A program made the translations under genes and the position numbers. The notes beneath the pieces are model-generated. The model was not told where the DNA came from. It saw only the letters and a program-made list of their open reading frames with translations, and made no database searches. Positions 39,546 through 54,284 of a DNA stretch of 64,000 bases are shown piece by piece. Origin of the DNA: Camelus dromedarius (lineage: Eukaryota); contig NC_087437.1 of NCBI RefSeq assembly GCF_036321535.1, forward strand, positions 89,654,001-89,718,000, given 5' to 3'. The stretch's first letter is position 1, and each line of letters opens with the position of its first letter.

Positions 39546-40539
39546 TGATGTGGAAGGATTACACAAGGGTGATATAAATCATCACCACTGCCTGATTCCT
39601 ATTTACTTACAGGGTTGTTCAGGTTATGCATTTTCCTTCATGATTGTGGAAGAGAAGTTTAGAAATAAAAACACCATCATCATAGTTTCATTTGGTTGTT
39701 TGTTGGGTGTTTAGTACTCATGATCTCAGCTGAAAATTTAGAATCTTCATTTTCTGCTCATAATGGCAAGAGAAGGACACTGACAGAGAAAGGTATTTCA
39801 AAATTATTAGGTCAGACAATAAATGCAAGGAGAAGATAGTAGAAGTCAAGAATCTAGTGAAAATGGTGAAACAGAAGTCTTCACTTAATCTCGATGAATT
39901 TTAGCAAATTCAAAAATTGGTAAGTGAACAATTTATAAGGAAACAAGGAAAGACTTCATCACACAGTATTCTGCAACATGATTTTGCTAAAAAGAAAATA
40001 TGACAATATTCTGTCATCTTTGGTGCTTCTTTGTGCAAAAGAATTTATAATTTATAAGCAGAAACATGTTGAAGGTAATTCATGATAAAGACATTTATAA
40101 TTTTTTAAAATGTAATTGGTGCTTATAAATCTAAAAATGAAATGTTTTGCAATGATAGAAAAAAGGTATTTTTACTCCCTTCAAAAAAAATTATGAACTA
40201 TCAAGTGCAGGAAGAAAGAGAAGCAGTTAAGAGAGGACACATTAAAGATATATTTGAAGTCTGGACTCAGTACTTAGAATATGGATATATTCCAGGATCT
40301 TGCATGGCAGTTGTTGCCTATTTTGGGAATATATATCATCAAACCCAGAAAATATTAAATAGAAATTCAAGTTTGCTATATTTAAATTCTTATTAAAGAG
40401 TCTAATAAAGTTGTTTTTTGCTATCCCTTCCCCTTTATTATTACATCTACACATCATTAAAAAAAACCCCAAAACTTAAAACCTAAAAAGAACTAAAAAC
40501 AAAATATCTATGGCTACCTGACATTATAAATTGGTGAGA

Positions 40540-40779
40540 AGTACACAGCATAAAGAGCAAACTCTAAATTATAAACTTTTGTTAATAATAATCTATTAAT
40601 ATTGGCTCATCAGCCGTTAAAAAAAAAAAAAAGGGCCACAAAAATGCAAAACGTTAATAATAGGAGACATTGTGATGGAGGTGAGATGATGGTGTATATG
40701 GGAATTCTGTACTTTCTGATTCATTTTTCTGTTAACTGAAAGCTGCTCTAAAAAATAAAGCATTTTGATTAAAAAAAAA
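40540..40779 (+). mobile_element. Old L1MC-like 3' end
   Basis: gttaataataggagac..gtatatgggaattctgtactttctg..ctgctctaaaaaataaag. Confidence 0.78.
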
Positions 40780-43700
40780 GTCTACTGAACCGAGATTATA
40801 AATAGTATAGACAATCTTTGCTGATATATTAAGAGCTAATCTAATAAAGTTTATATATCAATCTATTACAGTAGTGTTCTAATCATCTATTTTTCTCTTA
40901 GAAATGTGTGTCTGTATTCATGTGTGTGTGTGTGTTATAATTCATTCAGAAAAACAGGACTAGAACAGTCTTGAAAGTATAAGGGACATTAAAAATGCAG
41001 TCACTTTGAAAAAAAATCAGTTTTTAAGTATCTTTTACAAAAAGATTTATAAAAAAGAATTGGTTATTAAATGGAAACTTTAAAATACTAGCTAGTAATA
41101 ACATGTTTATATTAGGTTTTACTTGCCAAAATTGTTTCATTTTCTTATTCATTTTTTTCTCTATTAAAATAACCTAAAATTATCTGCAAAAGATACACTA
41201 ACATCTCTACTATATATATATTACATCATTTAGGGACTATTTTTGACTCTCTTTATATGAAGTTAATTTGAATGGTTAAAACAATGTTAAGATTTCTAAA
41301 AAGTTTTATAAATACATATTTTATGATCAGTTTGATTAGGAAAAGCCATTTGAGACTATATTATGTTATTTTAATCAACGAATCTGTTGTTTTTAAACAT
41401 TTAGAATCTATTCACAAACATACACTCCTCTTCATTGGACTTTAATAACACAAAAAATGTTAGACCTATTAATAATAGAAACATTACAGTAACAGTTGAA
41501 TCCTTGCATTTAGATCATTTAAAATATTTGTTGATCCAATTACTTCTAATAATTTGATATTGCCAGGGACTAAATAAAATAGTCCTATCATATATAAAAG
41601 AAAAAAGAATTAACTCATGATAAAAATGTGCCGGTAATACATTACTATGAGTAATATGATAAACGGTAATAAATAAGTGTATCTTCCCTGAAAAAGTTGA
41701 AAAACCTATTGGCATCTCAAATAGAGGCTGTACATTAGGCTACTTTTGTTAATGAAGTTAAATATCTTTTTGCTATGCGGAATAGATCATTTCATGATTC
41801 TAGTATGTACACATTTCATGAGGTTTGTGAAATATTTTGGGCTCTATTAAAAATACTTCCAAGGCACCCTCATGCACAAATGTGACATTTGGTGTATCAA
41901 AAGAACAGTTTATTTTAATTTTTAAAATTTAACCTAAAGATAGTTTTCATTTCACCTTTCCTGGTTCCTTTTATAGTCTATGCCTCTGGACCATAGAAAA
42001 TTTGTCACAGACAAGGTAATTAGAAAATCAGCATTTTACACATGGAACACCAGATGTGTGCGGCATGTTATTTTAAAATGCTACTTGTAACATTCACCTT
42101 TCTGTCCAACAAACCTATGTAGCCTCAAACATTTAATCAACTGCTTTCTATAACAAATGGAAAAGTAGTGGAAGCATAGTTGACATAACTAACACAGGAC
42201 AATTTAAAAGACTCTTACCTGGGCTAAAGAGGTGTACAGATTTGTGTAGGGAGGACTAAGTAGATGGAAATAATTATTTTTCAATCAATGGAAAAAGACA
42301 AATGCCAAAGCTACACTTAATAAAGAATCTCTGCCTATATTTGAAAATATTTCTGTACCATGTCAGTCTACGGTGGAAATGAAGTTATAAACAAAATAAT
42401 TAGACGCCTCCAAACCCATCTGTATTGACTCTCTTCTACAATAAGCAGAATTTCATTTTTTAAATCTATTTTATTGAAATAAGTAGACCCAAAGGGAGAA
42501 CTAATCATGTATATCACATGACCCAGAAAAGTAGCAGATATGTACAGTTGAGAATTCAGTTCCTCTCAGCACAAAGTAATTCTGTTTAAAAGGGCAAAAC
42601 AGGAAAGGAATCTCTTTAGAAATACATTTTTTAAACATAAGGCATTAAGCAGAAAATGGATTAATTGCACTATTTATTTGCATGTTACTTAGAATGGAAA
42701 TAAAAGCCTCAAGAAGCTAAAGATCAAGACAGTAAATTGACCGTTTAATTCCTTATGTTATTATAGTAATGGGTCCAGGAGATTTTTGGTTATTAAGGTA
42801 TATATTGCATTTCTTATTTACAGTCATTAACCTGATTGATCTCATTTAAGCACACAATTTCAATATGGCAGCTTCTAGAGTCACTCACTCCCTCCTCTCT
42901 TTCATTTACTTTCTTTTTCTTATATGGTGCTCATACTGAATTTGTTTAGTTGGGTCCTCTTCTATGACATATTTAACCATGTATTGTTTCAAAAGTTGAT
43001 GACATGCATGTGTAAATAATTATTTGTTTTATAGGAAAAGCATGGCACTGTCACACAGTAGAAATACTAAACAAATATTACTGACAGCTTAAGATTTCAT
43101 GATTCAATGATTATATATAATGTACCTTACAACACACATACACATACAGACTTAAAATTTGGGTTCTTATTTATCCATATTAGCAGTTCAGTGCCACAAT
43201 GCTAAAATGATTTCTCATAATACTCATTATTCTGAAATATTTTACTAATCTGTCTCTTGTGTTTTCATTTTCAATAACAGCTGATTTTTATGTAATTTTG
43301 TCAATGTCACCACAGAAAATGAATGTTCAGTTATTTTCTTCTTTTCTGTGTTTTGTTCATAGTTCTATCTGTTAGAGGCGACACACTATTCTTACTGAGA
43401 ACTAAATAAAATTTGACTCATACAATCTGTTCTAAAATTAAATCAGACAAAAGTTATTGTTTTCAACGTGATCTGTGTAAAAATAAGAAGATGAATTAGA
43501 ATATCCATCTGTAAAAAAAAAGACTGGCTTTTCCCACTGCTCAGGTGCAAAGTATGCTATTACCTATTATTTGAAATTTGCAAGCATTTGTGGTTCACAG
43601 TGAAAAGTGTACATTTTCTTACATTTCAAGTTTAAAGAAACTTTCTTCCATCATAGTGTCATTAAAATTTAAGATTAATATTTTATAAAGAAATGAATGT

Positions 43701-44963
43701 TGCTGCGATACTTTTTTTTGGCTTAGTCCTTCTAAATTGTGTATCACAGGGTTACAGAGTTAAAACATTTAGCTCTAGAAATGCAACCCCTCCTACTATT
43801 TGTTTTCATTATGCTCCTTGGTGCTATGTGTTTAACCCTTAGGTCATTTCTCATCAAACTTGCCTTTTTGCAATAACACAAGGTTTTTATTTCAGGTGTA
43901 GTCATAACTTCCCATTACTGTAGGTATATATACTTGCTCTTGTCAGTCACCACATAAAACAATTGTGTCTCTTCTGCTCTGGGGGTCCAAAAAACTAAAT
44001 GTTCCTCTACTGGGGCCAGTCTTGGTGAATAATCATAATAGAAACATTGTAAAACAAAGTGGAAATCCTAAATTTATATTCCATACATTCAAGACTAGCT
44101 ATCTTTTCCCTTTTATAATTCTTCTTTCTATTTCCCCCCATTAGCATCCATGAAATTTTTCACATCATACAAATGTGAAACTTATCTGAAACCATCTGCT
44201 GTGTCTGGAAACAACCATGAGACTTTTTTTCCTTATTCTTAGGTGTCTATGAAGACCACACTCAATTTGCTCAGTTTGCTTGAATTTTGATGCCAACTGT
44301 TATTAACTGTCCCTCTCTACTTTCCAGTCCTCATTCTACCCCTGGGGAATATTCTGCATCCCTAAAGGAACATTCAGCATTATCATCAGTTAGTTTTAAT
44401 TAACTTCACATATTTGAATGATGGTACGCTAGATGCTATGAAAAATAATTTAAATAGATTTAGTCTCTGCCTTCTAGCCATTTACATATTAAACCACCAT
44501 AGAATGAGTTGTTATTTTTAATTGGCCATCAAGTATAACATTTTTTATGTAAAATTCTGCAAAAATTAAATAATTCAATTGCCTTCCCCCATGAAGTTTG
44601 CTTAATAATGCTCAATGAAATATGGTGAACAGCTAAAAATGCCCGATATGTATAATAGTTCCATTCTGGACTTCCAAGGAAGTGAAAATGACTTTGGTAG
44701 CTAACAATTGGCATCTTACAGCTAGGCTGAAATAGCTTCAACAAACATAAGCAATTCTCTAGAATCTAAACAATAATCCGATAAAGCTACTCAGTGACTA
44801 TGGGGTAGAATAAGAAAAGGCAAGTCTATTCCATGACCAGGTCTGAAAGCAGAGACCAAGATATTCAGCGAAACCTCAAAAATTAGCGTGATTAACTACA
44901 GCATCTTTATAATAGCAAATCTAGTTCTGCTTTAACATCTGTGCTTTCTGTGGTTGTAAATGG

Positions 44964-45157
44964 CCTTCCTGCCATGTGCAGACATGGAGAAAAGATGGCT
45001 GACTATGAACCAGGGTAAAGGTCCTCACCAGATACTGAATGTGGCTGCTCCCTGGTCTTGAACTTTAGGCCTCCAGGACTGTGAGAAACAAACTTCTGTT
45101 GTTTATAAGCCACCCAGTCTATGGTATTTTTGTCACAGCAGCCTGAACCCACTAAGA
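44964..45157 (+). mobile_element. MLT1A/B-type MaLR LTR, 3' half
   Basis: gcctccaggactgtgagaaacaaacttctgttgtttataagccacccagtctatggtattt..cagcagcctgaac..actaaga. Confidence 0.88.
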
Positions 45158-45694
45158 AAGAAGGCATTTGACATTTATTGTAGGGTTACTGAATGCCATA
45201 AACTTGACTTAAGTTGTCTAGTTTGCGCAGAAATTAATTCTCTAGTTTATAATCAAAGCTCAAGCAATTTCAGCAACTGTCCTAAGATCTCACTGCAAAT
45301 AAATGCTGAAATTTGTAAATAATCTTAGTTTGGGCTCTAAAATATGCTTGTTTCCAAATTTCCTTCATTGAGAACAGGAGGAAAATTAATAAACTAACCT
45401 AATATAATTGAACATACTCTCAAGTTTTAATTATTTTAATTAATAACTACTAAAATAAGAATAATTAAAATATAATGAGCAGTAGTTTAAAATAATAATC
45501 AGGTTGATATTTTCTCTATTAAAATTTTTTTTTAAAAGTCTGGTCTTCCTGGTACTTCTCTGATCTTTTGTCATGATACTCCCTTACTTTCCACTGTACC
45601 CTGGTCTCACTGGTATCCTTGCTGTTTCTAGAAACATAAAAACAACACACATGTTCTGACTTTAGGGCCTTTGTACTGGCTTTTCCGTCTGATT

Positions 45695-45975
45695 TTTATA
45701 CATATTTTATAAAAACATTTGAAAATATTAATTTAGTTAAATATTAAATTATTTAAATATAGTTATATTTAATATATTGTTATATGCTATGTATTAAAGT
45801 ATACATAACATAACATTAAAGTATACATAACATATAGTCGTATAAATATATATATTACAAAATATTTATGATACATTAATACTATATATCATATTTAATA
45901 ATATAATTTAATATATAATATGTGATAAAATATATATTTATATATAAATGTATTATATGTTACATATTGATACAC
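45695..45975. repeat. AT-rich low-complexity tract within L2-like sequence, including a 20-bp direct repeat
   Basis: attaaagtatacataacata at 45793-45812 and 45815-45834; tract is nearly devoid of G/C. Confidence 0.8.
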
Positions 45976-46627
45976 ACATACATTCCCTAACCTTGACTTC
46001 CGTTCTAATTGTACTTCTTATCACCTCTCTATTTTTCTTCCATAGAATGTAACACCTAGCCTGCTATATGTTGTATTTATTTATTTTGCTTTTCTGTCAT
46101 TCCTACCTACCTAGAATGGATGCTGTAAGAGAACTAGATAGAGTTTGTTGCCACTGGTAGTGGTGGTACTTTTGACACTTGGAGACCACCTCACTTAGTT
46201 TTGTTAATGATGTTCTACTTTCTTCACTTCTGCAACCCCAGTGCCCAAAAGAATGCCTGTTTCATAGCAGGCACTCGATATATTCTTGTTGAATAGATAA
46301 ATGAAAACAAAATACAATGAGGCATATTAGAGGATCAGTACTTAGGCTTAATTTAATCTTAATTTTAAGATTCAATGCAATTTTATATCACACATATGCA
46401 TTCTAAATTGAAACTATAAATTATCACACATAACAAAGCCAAACCAAAAAAACTCTAATATATGAAATATTCAAGTAAAATGATTCAGAATTATAACTCT
46501 TTGTGTTCTACTCTTTTTAACTTTACCTTACATATTTCAATTCCACTCATTCTCATTTTGATAGATATTTCTAGATCATCTACTATATCCCAAGGACCTT
46601 GCTAACTACAAGTGTCATGATTATAAG

Positions 46628-46835
46628 TCTACCATTTGCTGGTTGTATGAACTTGGCCAAGTGACTCAACCACTATAAACTTCAGTGTTCTTATCCATAA
46701 ATCATGACTAAAGAGAGTAGTAACTATTGATCACGTTGTTACGCGGATGTCCTTACGTGAGATACCATGAATTGAGATAATACCAGCAAAGCATTTAGCA
46801 CTGCCTGTGCTCACTGGAGTCATCCAATTAATGTT
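46628..46835 (+). mobile_element. MIR SINE
   Basis: ttggccaagtgactcaaccactataaacttcagtgttcttatccataaa..gagataata..aaagcatttagcactgcctg. Confidence 0.75.
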
Positions 46836-47344
46836 CTTAACACTTGTAAACAATAACGATGTTAAGAAAGACAGCATAATAGATATGCCCCTGTCTTCAT
46901 AAAGATTTAGTATATTTTTTAAGAATAGTAAAAAAAAAAATTCTAATTTAAAAAACAGATGGGAAGCCACGTTTCATATAATAAAGTTATGTTTAGAAAG
47001 TTCTTTGAGGTTTTATCAGATTCCCACCTCTCTGATTCTGCCAAAATTACTGCTCTTCCTACCAACTAGAATGCATACACATACATCAAGCCAACAATTG
47101 AGAGATAATTAGGGGTTTTAACCTTTTGCTATCTCCTTTACTTTTCTTCCTTGTCAAGAATGATACTCTGGCAAAGACTACTTTCCGTTGAATGTGATTA
47201 ATACTAGTAAGAGTAATTTTACATCATTTTGCTCTAGATTTTGCTGCACATTTGCTGTAACTTCAGGAAATACTGAAATGATTTTAAATGTAGATGAAGG
47301 GATCTGCTGCCAAGATAAAGAGTTGAGGAGTAGCATTTACTTAC

Positions 47345-47515
47345 AGTGTATTTCTAGCACCTGCATGGCCACCTGAGGGGTGGCATTGAGAGATTCGTGG
47401 TCCACCCTACAGATGACTGCCACGCCATCGTCGCTGCGGTCCACTCGGAAATCCAGGGTGCTGCTGACTGTGAAAGTCTTGCGATTTGCATCCTCTTCTT
47501 TTAAATATTTTACAT
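47345..47515 (-). CDS. CADM2: CADM2 internal coding exon (171 bp), second half of Ig2: (D)VKYLKEEDANRKTFTVSSTLDFRVDRSDDGVAVICRVDHESLNATPQVAMQVLEIH
   Basis: Peptide recognised as CADM2. Acceptor ttcag| (plus ct at 47516-47517) and donor |gtaagt (plus ac at 47343-47344). Phase 1 to phase 1 (2 nt + 56 codons + 1 nt). Confidence 0.98.
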
Positions 47516-49809
47516 CTGAAAATAAAATATCCATTTAAAAATTCTGTGAAATTCTCTTTTAAAATGTAACAGATCTCATTTACCCGAGACACTGACTAGA
47601 AGCGCTTTCTCCCTATCTGTACCCAATTTTGGAAAGCAAATATTTGTTAGTTTAACATTTGATCCATTTCAATTTGAGCAAAGAAAAATAAAACTACTCC
47701 AGAAATAAATTTTAAAAGTTAAACACAGAAATTAAATGGCAGGTCATAGAACTTTTATTTCTTTCATGTAAGTTTTTTTTTATACTTCATTTGAAAAATC
47801 AGGCCATTTTACAGTATTAGTATCTTTTCATTTGATTTCAGTTATACTTAAAGATAATCTTAATTCTCTGAACCACAAGTACAGTTGGGAAGGGCAAATT
47901 CACAACCATCTGGGTATGCCTAAAAGAAAGTATGCTTTTAATATGAACAATGTGAGGTGGACATAATTGCTAAAGAATACCTAAGATGAGAAAGTCATCA
48001 TCTTTAGTAAAGGAGGACAGTCATCTGAATTTTTAGAGTATTTAAATATATTTAAATATATATACATATATATTTGCACTGAAATTTATACTCAGATAAA
48101 TGCTCTTCACTTGGCTGAAGAATTCATTTCTGTATGAATGAAGATACTTTCATCCAGATGTGAATTCACTTATCAATATTTGAACTTACTGTGCATGAGT
48201 CAGATTCATTGTTAAATGGTGCACTTAGGGATTATTTGTTCTCGGTGGAAAAGAGATTTAATAATATTTTCATTTCATTTGAAATTTCTCAAGTCTAAAG
48301 TAGCTGATAAGAAGAGGGCAATTTTAATGAATTAGAAGTTAAAATGATAGGCTAAGGTTAAGATGTCATTTTAACAAGATCTTAAGTATAGCTGAATGTA
48401 GTTGACAGAGAAAGCTGTTCCGATTTCTTAGACTTTCATTTCAAATGAACAATGATATTTTTAAGAAAAGAGTTCTTTTGCATAAAATGCATAAATTGTT
48501 TGATGCTCTATGTAAAGACCTGACTTTAAAAATAATATTGAATTTTATGTATTTGATGGGTAGACATTTGCATGGCTCATTGAATTTTACTTATTTCCAC
48601 AGAAGTATGATTTATCCTAGTCACTGGTTTTAAAAATAAAACAAATATTAGTAAAGAATAAAACTAGATAAATGTTCCATGTCTTGTTTTGAAAATGTAT
48701 GTTTATGACCATATTCACAAATAAGGAAAATAATGATTTAATTAAGACTTTTACAAAAAATGTACATAATTTAGGCACTTTTTGTGAGTAAGAAAAATTT
48801 CTAACATTTGGGAAGAAAGAAAAGAGCATAAAATTCCCAACTCTGTCTTTTAACTATAAATTAATCATGCAGGATACAAGGTTTTTCATAAACATTAGTC
48901 TTATGAAATATCTTTTTTGTTAACCAAAGTAATTTCTAACATTTTTACATTCAAAAATGAGATTTAATTTCAGTTAAAAAAATATTAGAGTAAAAGATAA
49001 AATGATCCTCTTTCAGTCAAAATGTATCAGGATAATACATATGCATTTATAGATCTCAGCTATATTAAAAAATGAGTTCTTTTATTTTTCAATGTCTCAT
49101 AAATATATACAAAATGTTGCCTCATTTTCATATTTTATATCCTTTCTTATAAATCTATGTCCAATGAGCAATGTTTTCTTGCTCATAGCTCTAAGTAGTG
49201 GCAGTATAAGAAAATTTAGATCTCTTACCAAACCGCTTTTATAATTGTTATACTATCTATGATAAATTATTCCAAAATATTGCTTCCAATTTGTTTAATA
49301 ATAGCTGCATTTTAAGAACTCACATCTGCTTCCTTTAACTGCTTCTTTTACAAAAGTACCATTTAATGTAATATTAATTGGACACATAAAATCTGACAGC
49401 AATTGTATATAACATAAAATTTTAATGAGCATCATTCAACAAAATAAACAAAAGTATAATTTGTTGCTTTTAATATTAGTTTCTGTGACAGCTTATAGGT
49501 TTACTAAAAGGCATAAGATGAAAAGGAAAAAGCATGGAAAAGAGCCAATCATAGTATCTTTCTCCAAATTTTCTGCTGACATCCTCCTCAAACAGGAAAT
49601 TGTACTTAAAATTTATTTCTATTTTGCTTCCTAGCTTTATAAAATAACTGACACATTACACTGTAACAGAAACAATAGAAATTTTCCTTATGTTGCAGAG
49701 TTGATTTGCTGCTTCCATGTGTATTCTTGTTTCATCCTGTCTTATTTTAGAGTTTTCATTTTTTTCTCCTTTCCCATGTTACTACGTGACATTGTGATCA
49801 AGAGTAGTG

Positions 49810-49937
49810 TTTCTTGAAAAGGAATGTGCATATGAATCACATTTGTGCCTTATTAAAATGCAGATTCTGATTCAATAGTTGTAGGTGGAGCCTGAAAGTT
49901 TGATGCTGGTCCACAGACATATTTTGAGGAGCAAGGG
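49810..49937. mobile_element. MER5-family relic
   Basis: gcatatgaatcac..ttattaaaatgcagattctgattcaatag..tgatgctggtccacagacatattttgaggagcaagg. Confidence 0.7.
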
Positions 49938-50950
49938 TACAACGGATATATTGATGCCAGAGATGATCTAACCAAAGATGAATGAATGTTGAGACATATT
50001 TCACTCACCTTTCTCTGTATCTGTCTTTCTTTCTTTTTATTGCCACTCTAAGCTTCCATTCTGTTTTTACTCTTTCAACATATATTTCTTCTTTTTATTT
50101 ACATTTTTCAAAATATGCATGTCATATATTACATAATGTGCTTGTACAATGGCCAGCAAAATAGGTTCTCTTTTGCTCCTTTTATTTGGCAATGGTCAGG
50201 AAAACCTTATGATACCTCTTTTCACTTGAGAGTACGTTAAGTGAACCTCAGTGCCATTAACCAAAAGTTTAGACATGAGAAGTCAACTTTCATTTGCAAT
50301 CTCTTCTAAGAAAATACTATATATTTGGTGCACTACATTTCCTTAGGCTGAATCAAAAGGATTACATCAACTGACTGCAAAATATTTTAAAAAATTACCT
50401 GTCTCTAAGCCAGATGCCTCAGGGTAGTCACTATATTTGTGTAGATTATAATGCCCTTTCTTCTATTGAAGATTGAATGATTTCTTTTATATTCTATAGA
50501 AAAAAAATGTTTTATTGTAGGCCCCCAAAATGATAAAGGATGGCAGAAAAAAAAATTTAAAAGCCCATCCATTATGCAAAGTCCAAAAGAAAATTAAAAA
50601 AAAAAAACAAAAAACTATCCATTTGAGTAAATTCTATAAGCAGCAGGCAAGTGTGACTCCTTTGAAACACATACAAGAATATAAGTTTCTAGTCATCAGA
50701 CAATTTATTTTATGGGATCCTGTTGCACTCAACACATGTAAGAAAAATCAATCTGCCCCTCATCAATCTATTGTGAAGATGAATCATCTGCATCAGTAAA
50801 ACATTTGTGATGAGAAATTAGCTTTCTGTATACGTTACCATGTTTCTCTCAACCATGTACAACCACAGTTTTGTTGATTATTTTTCAACAGGTTATCTTG
50901 TTTTCTGAGCAACATATCATTTTTAACTTCCAATTACCCACAAGGTTATT

Positions 50951-51041
50951 GGTATTCACAAGGTTCATAATTCATGTATTTATAAAATAAATTCACAAGG
51001 GTATTCACAAGGTTCATAATTCATGTATTTATAAAATAAAT
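50951..51041. repeat. Perfect 42-bp direct duplication with a 7-bp spacer
   Basis: ggtattcacaaggttcataattcatgtatttataaaataaat at 50951-50992 and 51000-51041. Confidence 0.95.
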
Positions 51042-52139
51042 AAGTTAGAATTTTAATTCTGTTTATCTCTTGCTTTTTTACTACTTTTATCTTTTTTCTC
51101 TTCCATTAATCTTCTCCCCTCTTATCTCTCATTTCTTTCCAAGCTTTCCTAATTTTTATACTTCCATATAGTTTTCATATCCAGTATCTAGGACAGGGTC
51201 TGGAATATCATAGATGCTTAATAAATCAGCTTTGAATTAATTAAAATAATGGTCATATTCAGTCAAGTAAAGCATTCCTTTCCTTCTAGTAAGTAGAATC
51301 ATTCCACGTCAATGTGTGTACATTTGGGGGCAGTAGCCAATTGTCATTACTTTTCTTAGTACTGAACCTCTTTCTAAATCCTCTTTTCCTCACTCTCCAG
51401 AAAAAAACTGAAGATGTCATTAGACTATCCTCTGAATAAGTGGGCAGTTTCTGTTTAGGAAGAGTACAAAAGTTAGAGTTAGATGAGCAAAGACTGGGGA
51501 GTAGACACACTAAGTGTAAGTAAATAATTTTTATCTAGTGCAGTTCTATTCTTTTGCTATCTTTTCCCCACTCTTCTTGACTGCTATGAATTTTTGTTTA
51601 ATTCAGATCTGTACTGGCCCTGGGCCGTCTTTTAGTTACCCCTTTACTATTTTCTATAGGCACAGTAAGCCTGAGTGCAGTCCAAATAGTTCAGAGTTTC
51701 ATGCACAAGAACTTAGAGATGGGAGTTCAGATATATTTAACTGCAGATAAAAAGGGGGAGGAAATAAGACTGACAATATCATTAAGGAAAAAAACCTAAA
51801 TTAAAAAAAAACTAAATTAAAAATACACCAAACTATTAATTTTTATTTTAAATTCATACATGATCTTTCTACATAAAATTCATAAAAAAAGAGGAAGAGC
51901 ATAATTTAAAATTACCTAGATTTACAAGGAAAGGAAAAATTATGACTAGTTTCATCTCTTACAGAGGCAAAAATTAAATTATGAATATAAAGTGGTCAAG
52001 AAGAGAAATATAGATTTCTATATGAAAAAAGTAGCAGGAAATGAGAGACAAATGATTTGTAATAATAAAGGAACATACATAAAGATAATAAAATAATTTA
52101 TGAGTCAACATTGTGAAAAGATATGAGCATAAAAAAATC

Positions 52140-54241
52140 AGAGGGCAACTAGGGAATATCACAATAAAAAATTCTGTAAACTCTCTGTCTAGTGAAACAA
52201 TCAGAGCTGATGAAAATTATGTAGTAACACACATGCACACATTTAAGTCTCTAAAAATTGTGCTAAGAGCATACAGCAAAGGAAGAAACGATTATTCAAG
52301 AAATCTATTAAATCTTAGTAAGACCAGGTAGAGTCTATGGTACTGGACTCATGTCTTGCTCACTACATCTACCCCACCTCCAGCTCAGCTGGAGGGGAGT
52401 TTAACTCCTGATGAATGTGACCAAAAAAGATGGGGCTCCTTTTCCCTGCCAGCTCCCAATCAAGGGCTACATTATTTTTTTAGGAGAGGCAGGTAGCCAG
52501 CATTTTGTATTCCCCCTCACTCTTGTTCTTGGTTGCAGAGACTTAATTCCGAGTGAGTGTGGCTGAGAGATTAAGGTTATCTTCCTCTACCCAGTCCCAA
52601 CTCACTGGCCAAGAATATAAGGATCTCCACAGTTCTCACCCAGTCCACTTACAGAACAGAGATTTTAAGTCAGACAGGCGAGCCAAAAAGACCAGAGGCT
52701 ACTACCACTTCCCCATATCCTGCTTATAAAGTAGGAGTGAGTGTTATTTCAAAAGAAGGCCATACCACTAGCTCAGGAGAAGCAGTATGGATATTTTGCC
52801 CAGGGGAAGAGGCAGGCCATAATAAAAGCATTCTGAAGATCTCTCTAAGGGCACTATTTGGAACAGAGAGTGAGAAAGCCCAAACCTAGGGACCTCTTGA
52901 AAATATTAAAGATTTTGGTAGTAAGCAAGTAAGAGGAGATGGGTAGCCCCATGAATTCAACAAGCTAGACCACAGACCAGCTAGTTTATGAGAGAAAAGA
53001 ACAGCTAGGAAGAAACTTCCTGTCATCAAAGAAAACCTCAAAGACTAGCCTCAAAAAAATACTTCAGCAAAGTGTCCTCAATTTAATTGGATCAGGCTGC
53101 AGAACAATTTATGCACAGAACATTGTTAAAAACAACAGCACGATCAACTGACAAATGGTGGAGAAGAACAGCTGTGCATAATACCAGTGTACAAGAGAGG
53201 GGGAGCTTAACAGAGATATTAGGGAAAGAAGCAGTCAAAGAGAACCCTACAGAAACTACTGTCTTCCTAGGGTGACCATGCACATATCAAAACTTTGTCC
53301 TCTGAGTGACGTCAAAGGCAGTGTAAACAGTCCACCCAAGTGACTAAATTTATGAAAAAGCAAACAACAATAAGCTGCAAGGTGAGATCAGTATCCAGAA
53401 TTGCTCAGTTTATTACCTAAATGTCTAATTTTTAAAAAAAAATGAGACATGAAAATAACAGCAAAGTGTAACTCCTACAAAGGAAAGGAAAGCAAACATC
53501 AAAAACTTCTGGGAAGAAGGTCCAAATGATAGATTTAACAGACAAAGACTTCAAAGGATTCATTATAAATATGTTCAAAGAACTAAAATATAACATACTT
53601 CAAGAAGTAAAACAAAGTAATTGTGAACATCAATAAAGATATAGAAATTATAAAGCAAGAGCCAAATCAAAGTTCTGCAATTGAAAAATGCAATAACTGG
53701 AATGAGAAATTTAGTAGAGGACTCAACAGTAGTTACAAACTACAAGAGATACAAGATCAATGAAGATTTTATAATCTGAAGAAAAGAAAGAAAAATTATA
53801 AAGAAAAATTAACAAAGCCTGAGAGATATTTATGACACCATTAAGTACAAAACTTGTGTAATAAGATCAGAAGGAAAGGAATAAGGGAGTAGAAAGACTT
53901 TTGAGGAAAGACTGATTTAAACCTTCTTAACTTGATGAAAAACATTAATCTACACATACAAGAAGCTCAGTAAACTTCAAATAGGTTAAATGCAAATAAA
54001 AGATCTATATCCAAACACATTATAACACAAATGTCAAAAACAAAGACAAAGAAAAAAAAATCAATCTTGAAAGCAGGAAGAGAAAACCTTTTGACAAACA
54101 AAGGGACTCAAAAAATATTAACTGACTTCTCATTAAAAACAATCGAAACGAAAAAATAAAATGTGAAATGGTAGACAGAAATCAACCTATATCAATTGTA
54201 ACCTTATGTGTCAATCCATTAGAAAGATCTAACAATTACAA

Positions 54242-54284
<43 letters not shown>

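Noticed and set aside
50951..51041. CRISPR-like repeat-spacer arrangement
   Set aside because: Only two copies, a 7-bp spacer, eukaryotic context and no cas genes.
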